Below, piece after piece: positions 30,701 through 39,032 of a DNA stretch of 64,000 nucleotides. Numbering within the stretch: position 1 is the stretch's first letter; each line of letters opens with the position of its first letter. Source of the stretch: a virus (lineage: Duplodnaviria; Caudoviricetes); the IMG/VR virus record IMGVR_UViG_3300029288_000079, positions 64,001 through 128,000 of that record. One strand, given 5' to 3'. A model generated the notes under the pieces. It had not been told where the DNA came from, searched no databases, and worked only from the letters and a program-made list of their open reading frames with translations. The position numbers and the translations under genes are program-made.

Positions 30701-32875
30701 TGTCATCGTGCCATTTTGAAGTAGATGTGCTACAAATTTAACTCCTATAGCGTTAGTACTTATTGTTGCAGCACCACCACCCATCCAACTATTATGTTGT
30801 ACTTGGGTAGATATACCTATTAAGTCTGTTACGGTGCCCGCAGCTAAATTAATCGAGATAAACTTTCCTGCAATTACTAACGCTGGAGCATAGTTACCAT
30901 TAGTAGCACCACCTGTCCCTATAGATACATTTGATTCTATCCCATACGCTATTGCTGGTTGTACAGAACCTGATGGATCAGTATGTCTTACAAATCTTGC
31001 AGCCCCTGTTTCATCAATAGCATTATATGGAATAGGTCCTACTCTATCTACACATAATAAAGCATGTGGAGTCATATTCAACACACGGTCTGCAATATAC
31101 ATTGAAGCTTTTGTTCTGTCAGTACCAGGATTTATTCTTACATTCCCATTAACCAGTAACTGATTAATATTAGATGTACCACCAATTCCTACCAAACCAA
31201 TACTACTTATACTCATTCTAGCTACACCAGTAGGATAATCACCCCCTGTATAAAATACATAACCTCCGTTACCAGTAATCCAATTTACATTTCCATCATA
31301 ATCAGTCCGCCACTTTGCCGATAAATTCCCATTTACAAACGAACTAATTACATTCTGTCCTGTGGCACTCGGATTCGTCATTATTATATGAGAACCAGCA
31401 CCTCCAACATTAGTATAGTCTATATTGGTTTTATTAATAGTTAAACTATCACCACAACCAATAGAGCCACTTGCACTTAATCCACCACAAGTTTCAACTG
31501 TTCCAAGAGTAGTAATATTTGTACTACCTGCCCAAGTAGATAGTGCTGTATCTTCAACGGATCCTAACCCTACAGCAGACTTATCCAATGTCTGCCAACT
31601 CTTGTCCCCTCTCCAATACTGAGATACAGATCCTGTAGATATTACTGGTTCATACACTCCAGTATGAGTATGATCCCCATATGCTGCATGTGTATGGTCT
31701 GTTCCAAATCCTGGAAAAGTAGTTAAACCATTCCAATTAGACTGATCTGTAGTTGTAGGTATATAATATCCACTTCCAGAACTTACTGTAATATTTGTAG
31801 TTCCAGATCCAGAAATTACTCCTGTTAATGTAATATTTTGATTCTCAGTTAAAAAAGTAGAATTATCATAAGATATTAAAGATCCTGAAGCTTTTATAAA
31901 ACCTAATCCATTTATAATATTTTGTTTATTATAAAATGTATTCCAATCAGTAGATGATAAATAACCATCAGTAGAAGCTGAAGATTTTTGTACAGATATA
32001 GAAGTACCTGACCCTATAACAGAATTTGTACCTCCTATAATTGTTAAGATGTTAGAAGTAGATTCTGTTAATGATCCGGATGAGAATACAGTCTGATAAA
32101 TATTTGTATCTATAGATAATGATCCACTTGAATCCGTAGTCTTTACAAATCCATTATCAGTAAGATTAGTTATTTTTGTTAAACTAGCATCTCCCAATAT
32201 AGGATTAATAAGTGTTGGTAATTCATTTAAAACTATTAAACCACTACCTGTAGTACCTGATCCTAATTGAGTTACATTTTCAATCACTAAACCATGCACA
32301 GAGCCCGTTGAAATTGTAGAGTGTATATACGCAGAATTCCAATTTGTAGCAGAAGATATATAAACATCAACTAATGGAGACCCTAAGGTTAAACTACCAC
32401 TACTATTAATATTTCCACAATTTGTAATATCCCCCAATGTAGTTATATTTGTACTTCCAACCCAAGTTGAAAGTGCCGTATTTTCTACATTACTAAGTCC
32501 TATATCAGAATGAGTAGGTATGGAGTATGAAATAGATCCCGAACCATCATTATGCAACCAACCAATAGAATCTGATAAATTACCTAACGCAACTAAATTT
32601 ATAGGTCTGTCCAATAATGTAATCCAACTAGAAGCTGATGCTGAGGCTGGGGCAATCCATGACCTAGTTCCTGAGATATCAGATGAAAGAATATAACCAC
32701 TCTCAAAGGGGCTACCTAATGCAGGCTCATAAGATCCTGAAGGCAATGTAATATTTGAATTAACCCATCCCTGACCATTATACTGAATAATATTGCCTGA
32801 GGCAGCATTAGTAATATACACATCTAAAAGGCTAGATAAATTATATCCTAATCTATTTATACCTGCTGATTCCAC
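27731..32875 (-). CDS. Long fibre protein (1714 aa) with internal duplications
   Basis: Gly/Ser/Thr-rich; LSSLLDV.I N-terminus; four DWNTFxxKQ units; duplicated blocks. Confidence 0.8.
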   Translation of the reverse strand: MESAGINRLGYNLSSLLDVYITNAASGNIIQYNGQGWVNSNITLPSGSYEPALGSPFESGYILSSDISGTRSWIAPASASASSWITLLDRPINLVALGNLSDSIGWLHNDGSGSISYSIPTHSDIGLSNVENTALSTWVGSTNITTLGDITNCGNINSSGSLTLGSPLVDVYISSATNWNSAYIHSTISTGSVHGLVIENVTQLGSGTTGSGLIVLNELPTLINPILGDASLTKITNLTDNGFVKTTDSSGSLSIDTNIYQTVFSSGSLTESTSNILTIIGGTNSVIGSGTSISVQKSSASTDGYLSSTDWNTFYNKQNIINGLGFIKASGSLISYDNSTFLTENQNITLTGVISGSGTTNITVSSGSGYYIPTTTDQSNWNGLTTFPGFGTDHTHAAYGDHTHTGVYEPVISTGSVSQYWRGDKSWQTLDKSAVGLGSVEDTALSTWAGSTNITTLGTVETCGGLSASGSIGCGDSLTINKTNIDYTNVGGAGSHIIMTNPSATGQNVISSFVNGNLSAKWRTDYDGNVNWITGNGGYVFYTGGDYPTGVARMSISSIGLVGIGGTSNINQLLVNGNVRINPGTDRTKASMYIADRVLNMTPHALLCVDRVGPIPYNAIDETGAARFVRHTDPSGSVQPAIAYGIESNVSIGTGGATNGNYAPALVIAGKFISINLAAGTVTDLIGISTQVQHNSWMGGGAATISTNAIGVKFVAHLLQNGTMTNAWGAYFDDQTVGGTENAAIRFATEGKLSWNNDITLYRSDVGVLTINGTLDCGDINSSGNITASGSITLGEAGNWLTEIDAGYITGVGVGQEQKPYFSFEGNLLELGYSESAGEIEGGGSIALYANNGGATSGDGGSISIQAGSAANEGDGGSVAIQVGYGAGAGANGVVNIYGNTVITGDLSATNIGTMAALANTGSSTITTVGALASGSITSGFGAIDIGPGTLTCGNIYSKTDGTSQMHFVASAIGGGSFFEHTGSGQFFINSVDDIILTCGNWSGFATRLQGLSGWETGLAVFGDGSTQLFGTLTLPNSNVLTGNSGSVGFSGGITLGTPLADAYISSAVTWNSKQNAFSSGSLTETGSSILTITGGTNSVIGSGTSISVQKSSASTDGYLSSEDWNTFNSKQDLLTNPIIGSGSSGQIAIFNNGTSLIGIASGSTFNKDFETSISNIKMNGEVSVGFLENLPRADHVHPIDTSREAVLAKGNLTEIESSVIVITGGSGSVIGSGVTLQITKSSSSISGYLDSTDWNTFYNKQNAYANLTTIGNLSNDIGHLYNNGSGSLTWDNTYAPHPPVTIGSPSNGLSLNIQEISIASASISTTGVLSSTDWNTFYNKQNIINGLGFIKASGSLISYDNSTFLTENQNITLTGVISGSGTTNITVSSGSGYYIPTTTDQSNWNGLTTFPGFGTDHATAAYGDHLHTGVYEPVISTGSVSQYWRGDKSWQTLNQSVVSGLTTADSPVFVTAKLSGLTNSYVPYHVSDATGLANSPLTSTAATMTISQDVDGATGVFNITNTNNTTDTSSYALKVTGGVNYCSVGTQYSYAGYFLGGLAQNVDAGTAISYGIYAQGGNATNTGSTSYALYAIAGTAYTGGAVHAGYFSGKVTVVGTLTVGPGGTTAGDVIYAAANNGNALYAGTQTNAAGYGFYITAAQCLVTGGLKTGAPSGGTAAFWKFGVRVAATVSLDTTQYIQLDVGGTLYKVGIVKL
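28521..28888. repeat. ~370-bp near-identical repeat with 31593..31960
   Basis: Same DNA at offset 3072 with a few substitutions. Confidence 0.85.
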
Positions 32876-32878
32876 TTA

Positions 32879-33535
32879 TTAATTCCATTCTTTTATTCTA
32901 ACACTACAAGACCCTGATTGAACTACTCCGTAGATAGCTTCCTGACCACAATATGGCATAGAGTCATTATATACCGACAAAGGAGGTATTGGCATACCTG
33001 TAAATATGGACACATCAGAACTACCTAAAAAACAAGTGTTTGTAGTGGACAGATTAAATAATATTATCTTCTTTCTTATTATTGATGCTGCTATTAATAA
33101 TGTAGGAGAAGTTACTACATTTACAGCAGAAGGATTAGACCCTTGAGCTATAGGATAATCAATCTTCCATGGCGTAGATCCTGAAGCACCTTGTGTAATA
33201 CCAGTAGATAATAATATTGTACTTATATTCTGAATAGATTCTAATGTAGCTGGATTTATTATAGATCCCGTAGAATCAGTCAAAGCTATATTATCAGTAG
33301 GTCCACCTAAAGCAATATTGGCATCAAGACTACCATCTGTGTATACCTTTAATTTATTAGAACTAGATCCATCTTCAATTTTTACATTACCAAGAGTTAT
33401 GGATCCTACAGTAAGACTAACACTACCTGAGGCAATAGCAACTCGAATAGAATCATCTGCCCTGTCAAATGATCTATTAAAGATTTGTTCTGAAGAAATA
33501 ACATTATCAAAATAAGATTCATGAGGAAGCGTCAT
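32879..33535 (-). CDS. Virion structural protein
   Basis: Beta-rich C-terminal domain (RKKIILFNLS..CFLG); SGS motifs. Confidence 0.55.
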   Translation of the reverse strand: MTLPHESYFDNVISSEQIFNRSFDRADDSIRVAIASGSVSLTVGSITLGNVKIEDGSSSNKLKVYTDGSLDANIALGGPTDNIALTDSTGSIINPATLESIQNISTILLSTGITQGASGSTPWKIDYPIAQGSNPSAVNVVTSPTLLIAASIIRKKIILFNLSTTNTCFLGSSDVSIFTGMPIPPLSVYNDSMPYCGQEAIYGVVQSGSCSVRIKEWN

Positions 33536-33780
33536 TACTTACCTAACAATTTAAATACCAATGACAGAACGTCTTTGTATTGTATTCCAAGAAACCAAAA
33601 TGTTTGAATTATAAAATAAATGAGTAGTATAATTCTTAAAGTCCAAGTGAAATTTCTAACTCCAAATCGATAAGGCAAAACATCTTTACGAATAAAAACT
33701 TGGCGTATTTTTGAAGCAAAGGGTACTGGTAAAGGAAATGGCTGCTCACCTATCTTAGATCTGTAATCAGAATGTCTCAT
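33535..33780 (-). CDS. Small membrane protein
   Basis: One C-terminal hydrophobic helix. Confidence 0.55.
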   Translation of the reverse strand: MRHSDYRSKIGEQPFPLPVPFASKIRQVFIRKDVLPYRFGVRNFTWTLRIILLIYFIIQTFWFLGIQYKDVLSLVFKLLGK

Positions 33781-33913
33781 TATAATATTCCAATTTATAT
33801 TAATATAATTATGTAATACTATTCCATCTATGAAATATACCTATACAGTAATTGAAGGTGCTAAAGATTTAGTATAATATTGTAAAGTAATAATAGTTAT
33901 AGTAATTGCATTG

Positions 33914-34285
33914 TTATACTGTAACTTCAAATATGGATAATCTTGGAGAAGATCCGGAGGCTGAGATTATCCCTGTATATTGTTGCTCGCTTAAAATTCC
34001 ACCCTTACCATCATCTTGTACAGAACCCCCCTGCAAAACAATTGAAAACTTAGTATTTGATGCCCCAGTCCCAAAATTAATATAAATTGGATTTGTACTA
34101 AGATTTTGAATTACACGTTCTATAGCTAATGTATTTTCAGCTAATATAGTTCCATTACTTGTGACAATACTTCCTGAAGATGTAGATGACATAATAAGAG
34201 AAGTTGTAATCGATGCAACATCACCTATTAATACAGATATTTTATTAAGAATTCCTGCAGGATCTAACATTGTACTATTTTTCAT
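33914..34285 (-). CDS. Small virion structural protein, similar to the C-terminal domain of 32879..33535
   Basis: R.IQNLSTNPIYINFG versus RKKIILFNLSTTNTCFLG. Confidence 0.55.
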   Translation of the reverse strand: MKNSTMLDPAGILNKISVLIGDVASITTSLIMSSTSSGSIVTSNGTILAENTLAIERVIQNLSTNPIYINFGTGASNTKFSIVLQGGSVQDDGKGGILSEQQYTGIISASGSSPRLSIFEVTV

Positions 34286-34303
34286 AAATATTTTCCTTAA
34301 CTA

Positions 34304-34573
34304 TTATTGAGTTTCTTCAGACTTATTTTTTTCAGATTTCATTTCTGTATATGAGGAATATGCCCTACCAAGTGTTGCTATAGTAAATATACCTATATAA
34401 CCTTCTGTAGCACCTCCAGGTACACCTATTTTATTAATTGCACAATAAAAAGTTAAAAAAACCCAAGCTATAGGAATTACTATACCTGAAAATACTGCAA
34501 TAAATCTAGATGAACTTATAGTATTGGACGTGTCAAGTAAATCTCTAAAAAATCTTTTTAAATTATGAAACAT
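34304..34573 (-). CDS. Holin-like two-TM protein
   Basis: SSSRF motif, two TM segments, charged C-terminus. Confidence 0.6.
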   Translation of the reverse strand: MFHNLKRFFRDLLDTSNTISSSRFIAVFSGIVIPIAWVFLTFYCAINKIGVPGGATEGYIGIFTIATLGRAYSSYTEMKSEKNKSEETQ

Positions 34574-34582
34574 ATAGTCTCC

Positions 34583-35014
34583 TTAATTACCCATATACCA
34601 TTTAACTATAATAGAAATTAATTCTAATGGATTATTTATTGTTATAAATCCTAAAGAATGCAGTAACGGAAATAATAGAATAAAAATAGATATTCCTATT
34701 ATCCACTTACCAGATTTTTTATTAAACAATCTTCCAATAACTGTATCTGTCTTCCACACTTCAAAAGCTTCCCTTAAATTCTTCTTCGCCCTAAGTTCTG
34801 TGGTTGCAGCGTATAAAATTCGCAAGGATTCCTCTAGTGTAAATCTTTCATCATTACCATTCAATTTAATACTATTCATACTCAGTAATAGATTCTTTAT
34901 ATCCACATGCTCTTTTGTGTTTATTTTAGACTGCTTACTCATGAGCTTATGAATATTTTTTCTATCTTCAATTGATTCTTTCATAAAAATTTCAATCTTT
35001 TTTGCGGTTGGCAT
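34583..35014 (-). CDS. Coiled-coil protein with C-terminal membrane anchor
   Basis: Hydrophobic C-terminus; adjacent to holin candidate. Confidence 0.55.
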   Translation of the reverse strand: MPTAKKIEIFMKESIEDRKNIHKLMSKQSKINTKEHVDIKNLLLSMNSIKLNGNDERFTLEESLRILYAATTELRAKKNLREAFEVWKTDTVIGRLFNKKSGKWIIGISIFILLFPLLHSLGFITINNPLELISIIVKWYMGN

Positions 35015-35065
35015 ATAAATCCTTCAGAGTTAACCCAATAATTATAGCATTTGTATGCTAATCTT

Positions 35066-35641
35066 TTATGATAAATTTCCTAATCTAGTACCACGTAATC
35101 CTCGAGTAAGTGATCTGGGCATAGATATAGTACCGCTCCATTGCCCTTTGATACCTATTCGTTTAAATCCTAAAGTTTTTCTAATCGCAGGTAATGCCGT
35201 AGTTATATATTGTAAAATACCTGTCCCAATATTCTGATAGTCTTGTTGTTTAACACGCTCCAAAGTTATGCCATTGTCATTATATCTGAAATGTTTTCCT
35301 GCTTCAAACCATTGTAGTCTGAGACCTGTAAAGAACATTGCACACATCATAACACTAGTATTAAATATAGATGCAAGTGTTTCTGTTTCCGGAGATAAAG
35401 GATCTTCATTTGACGCAGTAGCTATAGAAGATGCATCATATAAATCTTTTGAAGAATACATTGTAATTATAGGAGGTGTAGTATTGAACATATTTAGACC
35501 TAATCTTACATCTTCCCAAAGCTCAACATCACTTAATTTTGAAGGAAGTTGAAAAGCTGATCCTGATGCTGCAGTAACTCTCATTGAGAGCATACTACGC
35601 AATAGATTTACTAAATATTGTTGCTCAATTGATAGTGCCAT
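35066..35641 (-). CDS. Head-tail adaptor protein
   Basis: FN.TPP and F.YNDNG.TL motifs; two genes after the major capsid protein. Confidence 0.7.
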   Translation of the reverse strand: MALSIEQQYLVNLLRSMLSMRVTAASGSAFQLPSKLSDVELWEDVRLGLNMFNTTPPIITMYSSKDLYDASSIATASNEDPLSPETETLASIFNTSVMMCAMFFTGLRLQWFEAGKHFRYNDNGITLERVKQQDYQNIGTGILQYITTALPAIRKTLGFKRIGIKGQWSGTISMPRSLTRGLRGTRLGNLS

Positions 35642-35709
35642 GCGCTCTCCATAAAACTAGGATATACCCAAGTGTCCTATAGGGCATAGGAATGAATATA
35701 TCCTAATGA

Positions 35710-35907
35710 TTAACTCATGACAGATGTATAATTTTTTTTGGTAACGACTGCTTCATAAAAACTTGAGCCCGTATTCTTGCGAACTCGAAGATCTTTAGAA
35801 TCATCCTGTATAAGTGTTACAACATCACTTACTGCAGGTTTTAACCCACATCGTTTTACCTGAAAAAAATATTTTTTATTTAAATTTGCTAATGTATAAG
35901 TAGACAT
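35710..35907 (-). CDS. Hypothetical protein
   Basis: AGGAG SD. Confidence 0.6.
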   Translation of the reverse strand: MSTYTLANLNKKYFFQVKRCGLKPAVSDVVTLIQDDSKDLRVRKNTGSSFYEAVVTKKNYTSVMS

Positions 35908-35924
35908 GTATTTCTCCTGGCAGC

Positions 35925-35955
35925 AAAAATGGTAGGTGCCAGTTAAGGCACCTAC
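35925..35955 (-). terminator. Intrinsic terminator after the major capsid gene
   Basis: GTAGGTGCC-ttaact-GGCACCTAC stem followed by CATTTTT. Confidence 0.7.
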
Positions 35956-36003
35956 GTAATCATTTTAAAAATTATTTTATTCTAATTGAATAAAATAAAC
36001 TGC

Positions 36004-38278
36004 TTAGTTATGTGTACCTGTAGATACACCATTAGCATTGACTGCAGACATGCCAAGCTCTTCGTAGCCCACATATCCTATCTTAGCTTCTTTTGGTGAA
36101 TCATCCGGCATTAACATAACTTCAGTACGGATAGGCATGACACCAAAGAATCGTGGTTCTGATAACGAGAACACTGTTCCTGTTAACACAAGACGATTAA
36201 CAACGATATCTATACCCCAGATATTGCCCCGAAGACCTGTCTCAATAATTTCACGCATTGAAACTGGGTCCAATTCAGCAGTACCCCATGTACGAATATC
36301 TTTAAAGCTAGCAAATCGCATCAAGAAAGAATAACATGGTAAATCATGATCCATGATAATTGCAGAGACTTTATTCAAAAAGTCTTTATCACAACCAGAC
36401 GTAGAAGTTGAGATAGCATTGTTTGCAGTATTACCAGAAGCAGTAGTCGTAAACAACGCTATTGCTTGCAGATCCTCTTGCAATTGCATTGCAATTCGAA
36501 TCTTTTCTTGTGTACGATCAAGGACGTTGAAACGTCTTTGCTGAATCTGACTCAAGCGAATTTCAGCAGGCGAGAAAATTTCCCATGTAGTTGGTTCTAC
36601 ATAGGTGCCTTCTATTGTCCACTCTTGAACTGTACCGCGTTTTGCTACGACATATGATGGCACGGTTATATCTTTATCATACTTTTTGTTACTACAATCA
36701 TTTAAGATTGTGACATAGACGTTTCCGCTATGTTCTTATTGTCTCCAATAAGGTCGGACTGTATCACCATCTCATTACTGAGAGCTTTACTTGCAGTCTC
36801 TGAAGGTCGAATAATTTTGTATTCCATAGATTTTAATTGTAATTTGCTAAGAATTTCAGAAACCTTATACTTAGTTTCAGATGCAAAATATAAAGTATAA
36901 TAAGTTTTTCCACTAGATTTTTGTATAGTTTTCATTATTGTAGTTTTAATACCAAATTTACTATACAACATCTTGCGAATAAGTTTCTGTTCCTCTAAAC
37001 TAAACTGACATGTAGCTAAGGAATAATATTTTTGCTTTATTTTATTAGTTCCATGATAATATGATTTATTAGCACAACCATCATCAAAAAACCACCAAAT
37101 AAAACCTTCATATGTCAATAAATCTAAAGCTTCTTTTGTTACATGTTTTTTACCATTTACATCATATAACAATTTTCTTATTTCAAATAGATCAGGGTGA
37201 AAAACTGTAGAAAATGTATAAAATTTTAAGATTTCATTTTCATTCTCATATCTAGGTCTTTCCCCATATCTTAATGGCATTATTATAAGATCAGAAAGCT
37301 TGTTGTATTTATATTCTATCCACTCTTTTTGAACATGTCCATGAGATATGGATAAATAAGCTAAGGTTTTTTGTTTATTCAAACCTAAAAAACCATCCCC
37401 AAGAACTGTCCCAACTATACAGCCTACTAAAGCCGAGTCAAGTTTTTGTAATCTAATTTTTTCTATAGACTCATCAGATCTTCCACTTTTAATTCCATAT
37501 TGTTTTCTTCGTTCTTGAACAACACCAATAGGAACTCTTAATTCATCTGAAAGTTTTCTATCTGATTTACAATCTATAGTAGCTTGTAATAAAACATCTC
37601 TGGTTACAATATCCAGAAACTTTCTTCTACTTCTAACAACCCATCTCTTACCTTTTGTTGACATATAAATTATTCTTTCTTGCGGATTGTCCCTACCAAT
37701 TACATTTTTACGTATCTACCGTAGCAATTGTTTAACAGGAGTTTCCCGCATATTAGTAAAGTTTTAAGCGCGCTATGATTAGTTAACGCGCAATTTGACC
37801 CTGTGCAAGCACATCAATTTCGAAAAATTTACGTGCTGTGCCAACGAAATCTAACTGTTCCCTAATAGGAACGGCCCAAATTGTTACTCTTATTTTCATA
37901 AGGATGTAGACATTTCTGCTACATTCTTCATATCTCTATGAAGCTCGGACTGTATCTTCAACTTTTTAAGTTGTTTCACGTACTAGTCTCTGAGGAACAA
38001 TTTTAAAAACTTTTCCTGCTGATTGACTCTATCTTTTAGATTATTACATTTTAATGTACTAAAAGCTTAACAAGTGTTTCCAGCATATAGTGAAATTACC
38101 AGACAGCTTAGTTTATCTGGGCACCGAGAGCCTGACGACCTGCTTCAGTCGTTAAAGCTTCCCATATTGCATCGCCATTCACAACTGATTTCTCGTAGTT
38201 TTGGTACGGATCATTTGTCGATGCGGTTTTTGCAAGACTAAACCCTTTGCCAGGGTTGCTTGTTGGAATTTGGATCAT
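36004..38278 (-). CDS. Major capsid protein, spliced join(38278..38115, 37876..37786, 36681..36004), 310 aa
   Basis: AAGGAG SD and ATG at 38278; exons join in frame: ...GRQALGAQ-M-AVPIREQLDFVGTARKFFEIDVLAQGQIAR-YDKDITVPSYVV...; HK97-like C-terminal features (EDLQ, GNIWGIDI, EPRFFG.MPIR, GYEELG). Confidence 0.9.
36682..37785 (-). ncRNA. Group I intron 2 in the major capsid gene (1104 nt)
   Basis: P1 GCGCGU:GCGCGC with U.G wobble; P10 ATCATA:TATGAT; P ATATGCGGGAAA, Q AATCCGCA, R TTCAGAGACTG, S GATACAGTCC; terminal G at 36682. Confidence 0.92.
36702..37664 (-). CDS. Intron-encoded LAGLIDADG homing endonuclease
   Basis: IVGTVLGDG and WWFFDDG double motif; inserted between Q and R, and reads through R and S. 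Confidence 0.9.
   Translation of the reverse strand: MSTKGKRWVVRSRRKFLDIVTRDVLLQATIDCKSDRKLSDELRVPIGVVQERRKQYGIKSGRSDESIEKIRLQKLDSALVGCIVGTVLGDGFLGLNKQKTLAYLSISHGHVQKEWIEYKYNKLSDLIIMPLRYGERPRYENENEILKFYTFSTVFHPDLFEIRKLLYDVNGKKHVTKEALDLLTYEGFIWWFFDDGCANKSYYHGTNKIKQKYYSLATCQFSLEEQKLIRKMLYSKFGIKTTIMKTIQKSSGKTYYTLYFASETKYKVSEILSKLQLKSMEYKIIRPSETASKALSNEMVIQSDLIGDNKNIAETSMSQS
37877..38114 (-). ncRNA. Group I intron 1 in the major capsid gene (238 nt, no ORF)
   Basis: P1 CCAGAU:GUCUGG with U.G wobble; P ATATGCTGGAAA, Q AATCAGCAGG, R CTCAGAGACTA, S AAGATACAGTCC; terminal G at 37877; splits the ATG codon as AT|G. Confidence 0.92.
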
Positions 38279-38299
38279 AATATGATCTCCTTTAATTAT

Positions 38300-38447
38300 T
38301 TATGAAAGTGGTTTACCCACTAAAAAGTGCTTAACGCACTGTAGATACTTTACTAATCTCGGTATCCATCGAGTAAAACTAGCAGAGGTTTCTGGCACCG
38401 ACCCAGACATATGCATTATCTACATATGTGTCCAACATAACCTCTTT
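38300..38447 (-). promoter_or_regulatory. Structured 5' leader of the capsid gene
   Basis: Multi-branch stem plus tandem hairpins before the SD (see findings). Confidence 0.5.
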
Positions 38448-38450
38448 GTC

Positions 38451-38487
38451 AAAAAACAAAATATGCTGGGGCTCGAAAGCCCCAGCT
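38451..38487 (-). terminator. Intrinsic terminator after the decoration gene
   Basis: GCTGGGGCT-TTCG-AGCCCCAGC followed by ATATTTTGTTTTTT. Confidence 0.8.
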
Positions 38488-38533
38488 TAAGTTCGATCTT
38501 ACGGGAGGAGCGGAGGGCGTAAGACCGAAATTC

Positions 38534-38977
38534 TTATATCCGCAATATAATACCCAGACCATAGTTATTGTCCGATGTTGGAACTTGGTACATCTTTCCT
38601 TTAACGGAACCTGTTGCAGTTGTCTGCCATTTACCAGCAGTGCCAATATACAGATTTGCATTCGGAGACGCTGAAGCAACTTCTGATTCATATGCACGAG
38701 TAGCTGAGCCTGCAGCAACTTCTTCACTATGATCAATGACGAATTTTGTACCACTGCCATAGATACCTGATAAGAGAGATCCAGTAGGCGGTGCAGAAAC
38801 TTCATCATCATCATCAATGCCAATAAACATGGCATTATCAACAGACGCTATGTCAGCATAATCACCAGTTGAATTTAACTGGAAAGCTTGACCTGGCATC
38901 CAAGTTGCAGCTACGACGGCAGCCGTGACAGGATATGTATCTGCAAACAGCTTGTGATAAATTATTACTTTACTCAT
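38534..38977 (-). CDS. Capsid decoration/cement protein
   Basis: Small beta-rich protein between scaffold and major capsid protein; AAGGAG SD. Confidence 0.7.
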   Translation of the reverse strand: MSKVIIYHKLFADTYPVTAAVVAATWMPGQAFQLNSTGDYADIASVDNAMFIGIDDDDEVSAPPTGSLLSGIYGSGTKFVIDHSEEVAAGSATRAYESEVASASPNANLYIGTAGKWQTTATGSVKGKMYQVPTSDNNYGLGIILRI

Positions 38978-39032
38978 TGTAAAACTCCTTTAATTAAAAT
39001 TATGTGTTAGTTAAACTTTTCTCATAAGAGAC

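Noticed and set aside
36004-36663. 219-aa stand-alone capsid protein as called in the ORF track
   Set aside because: It is exon 3 of the spliced 310-aa gene
38449-38841. Alternative-frame ORF overlapping the decoration gene
   Set aside because: No recognisable features or SD; runs through terminator hairpins
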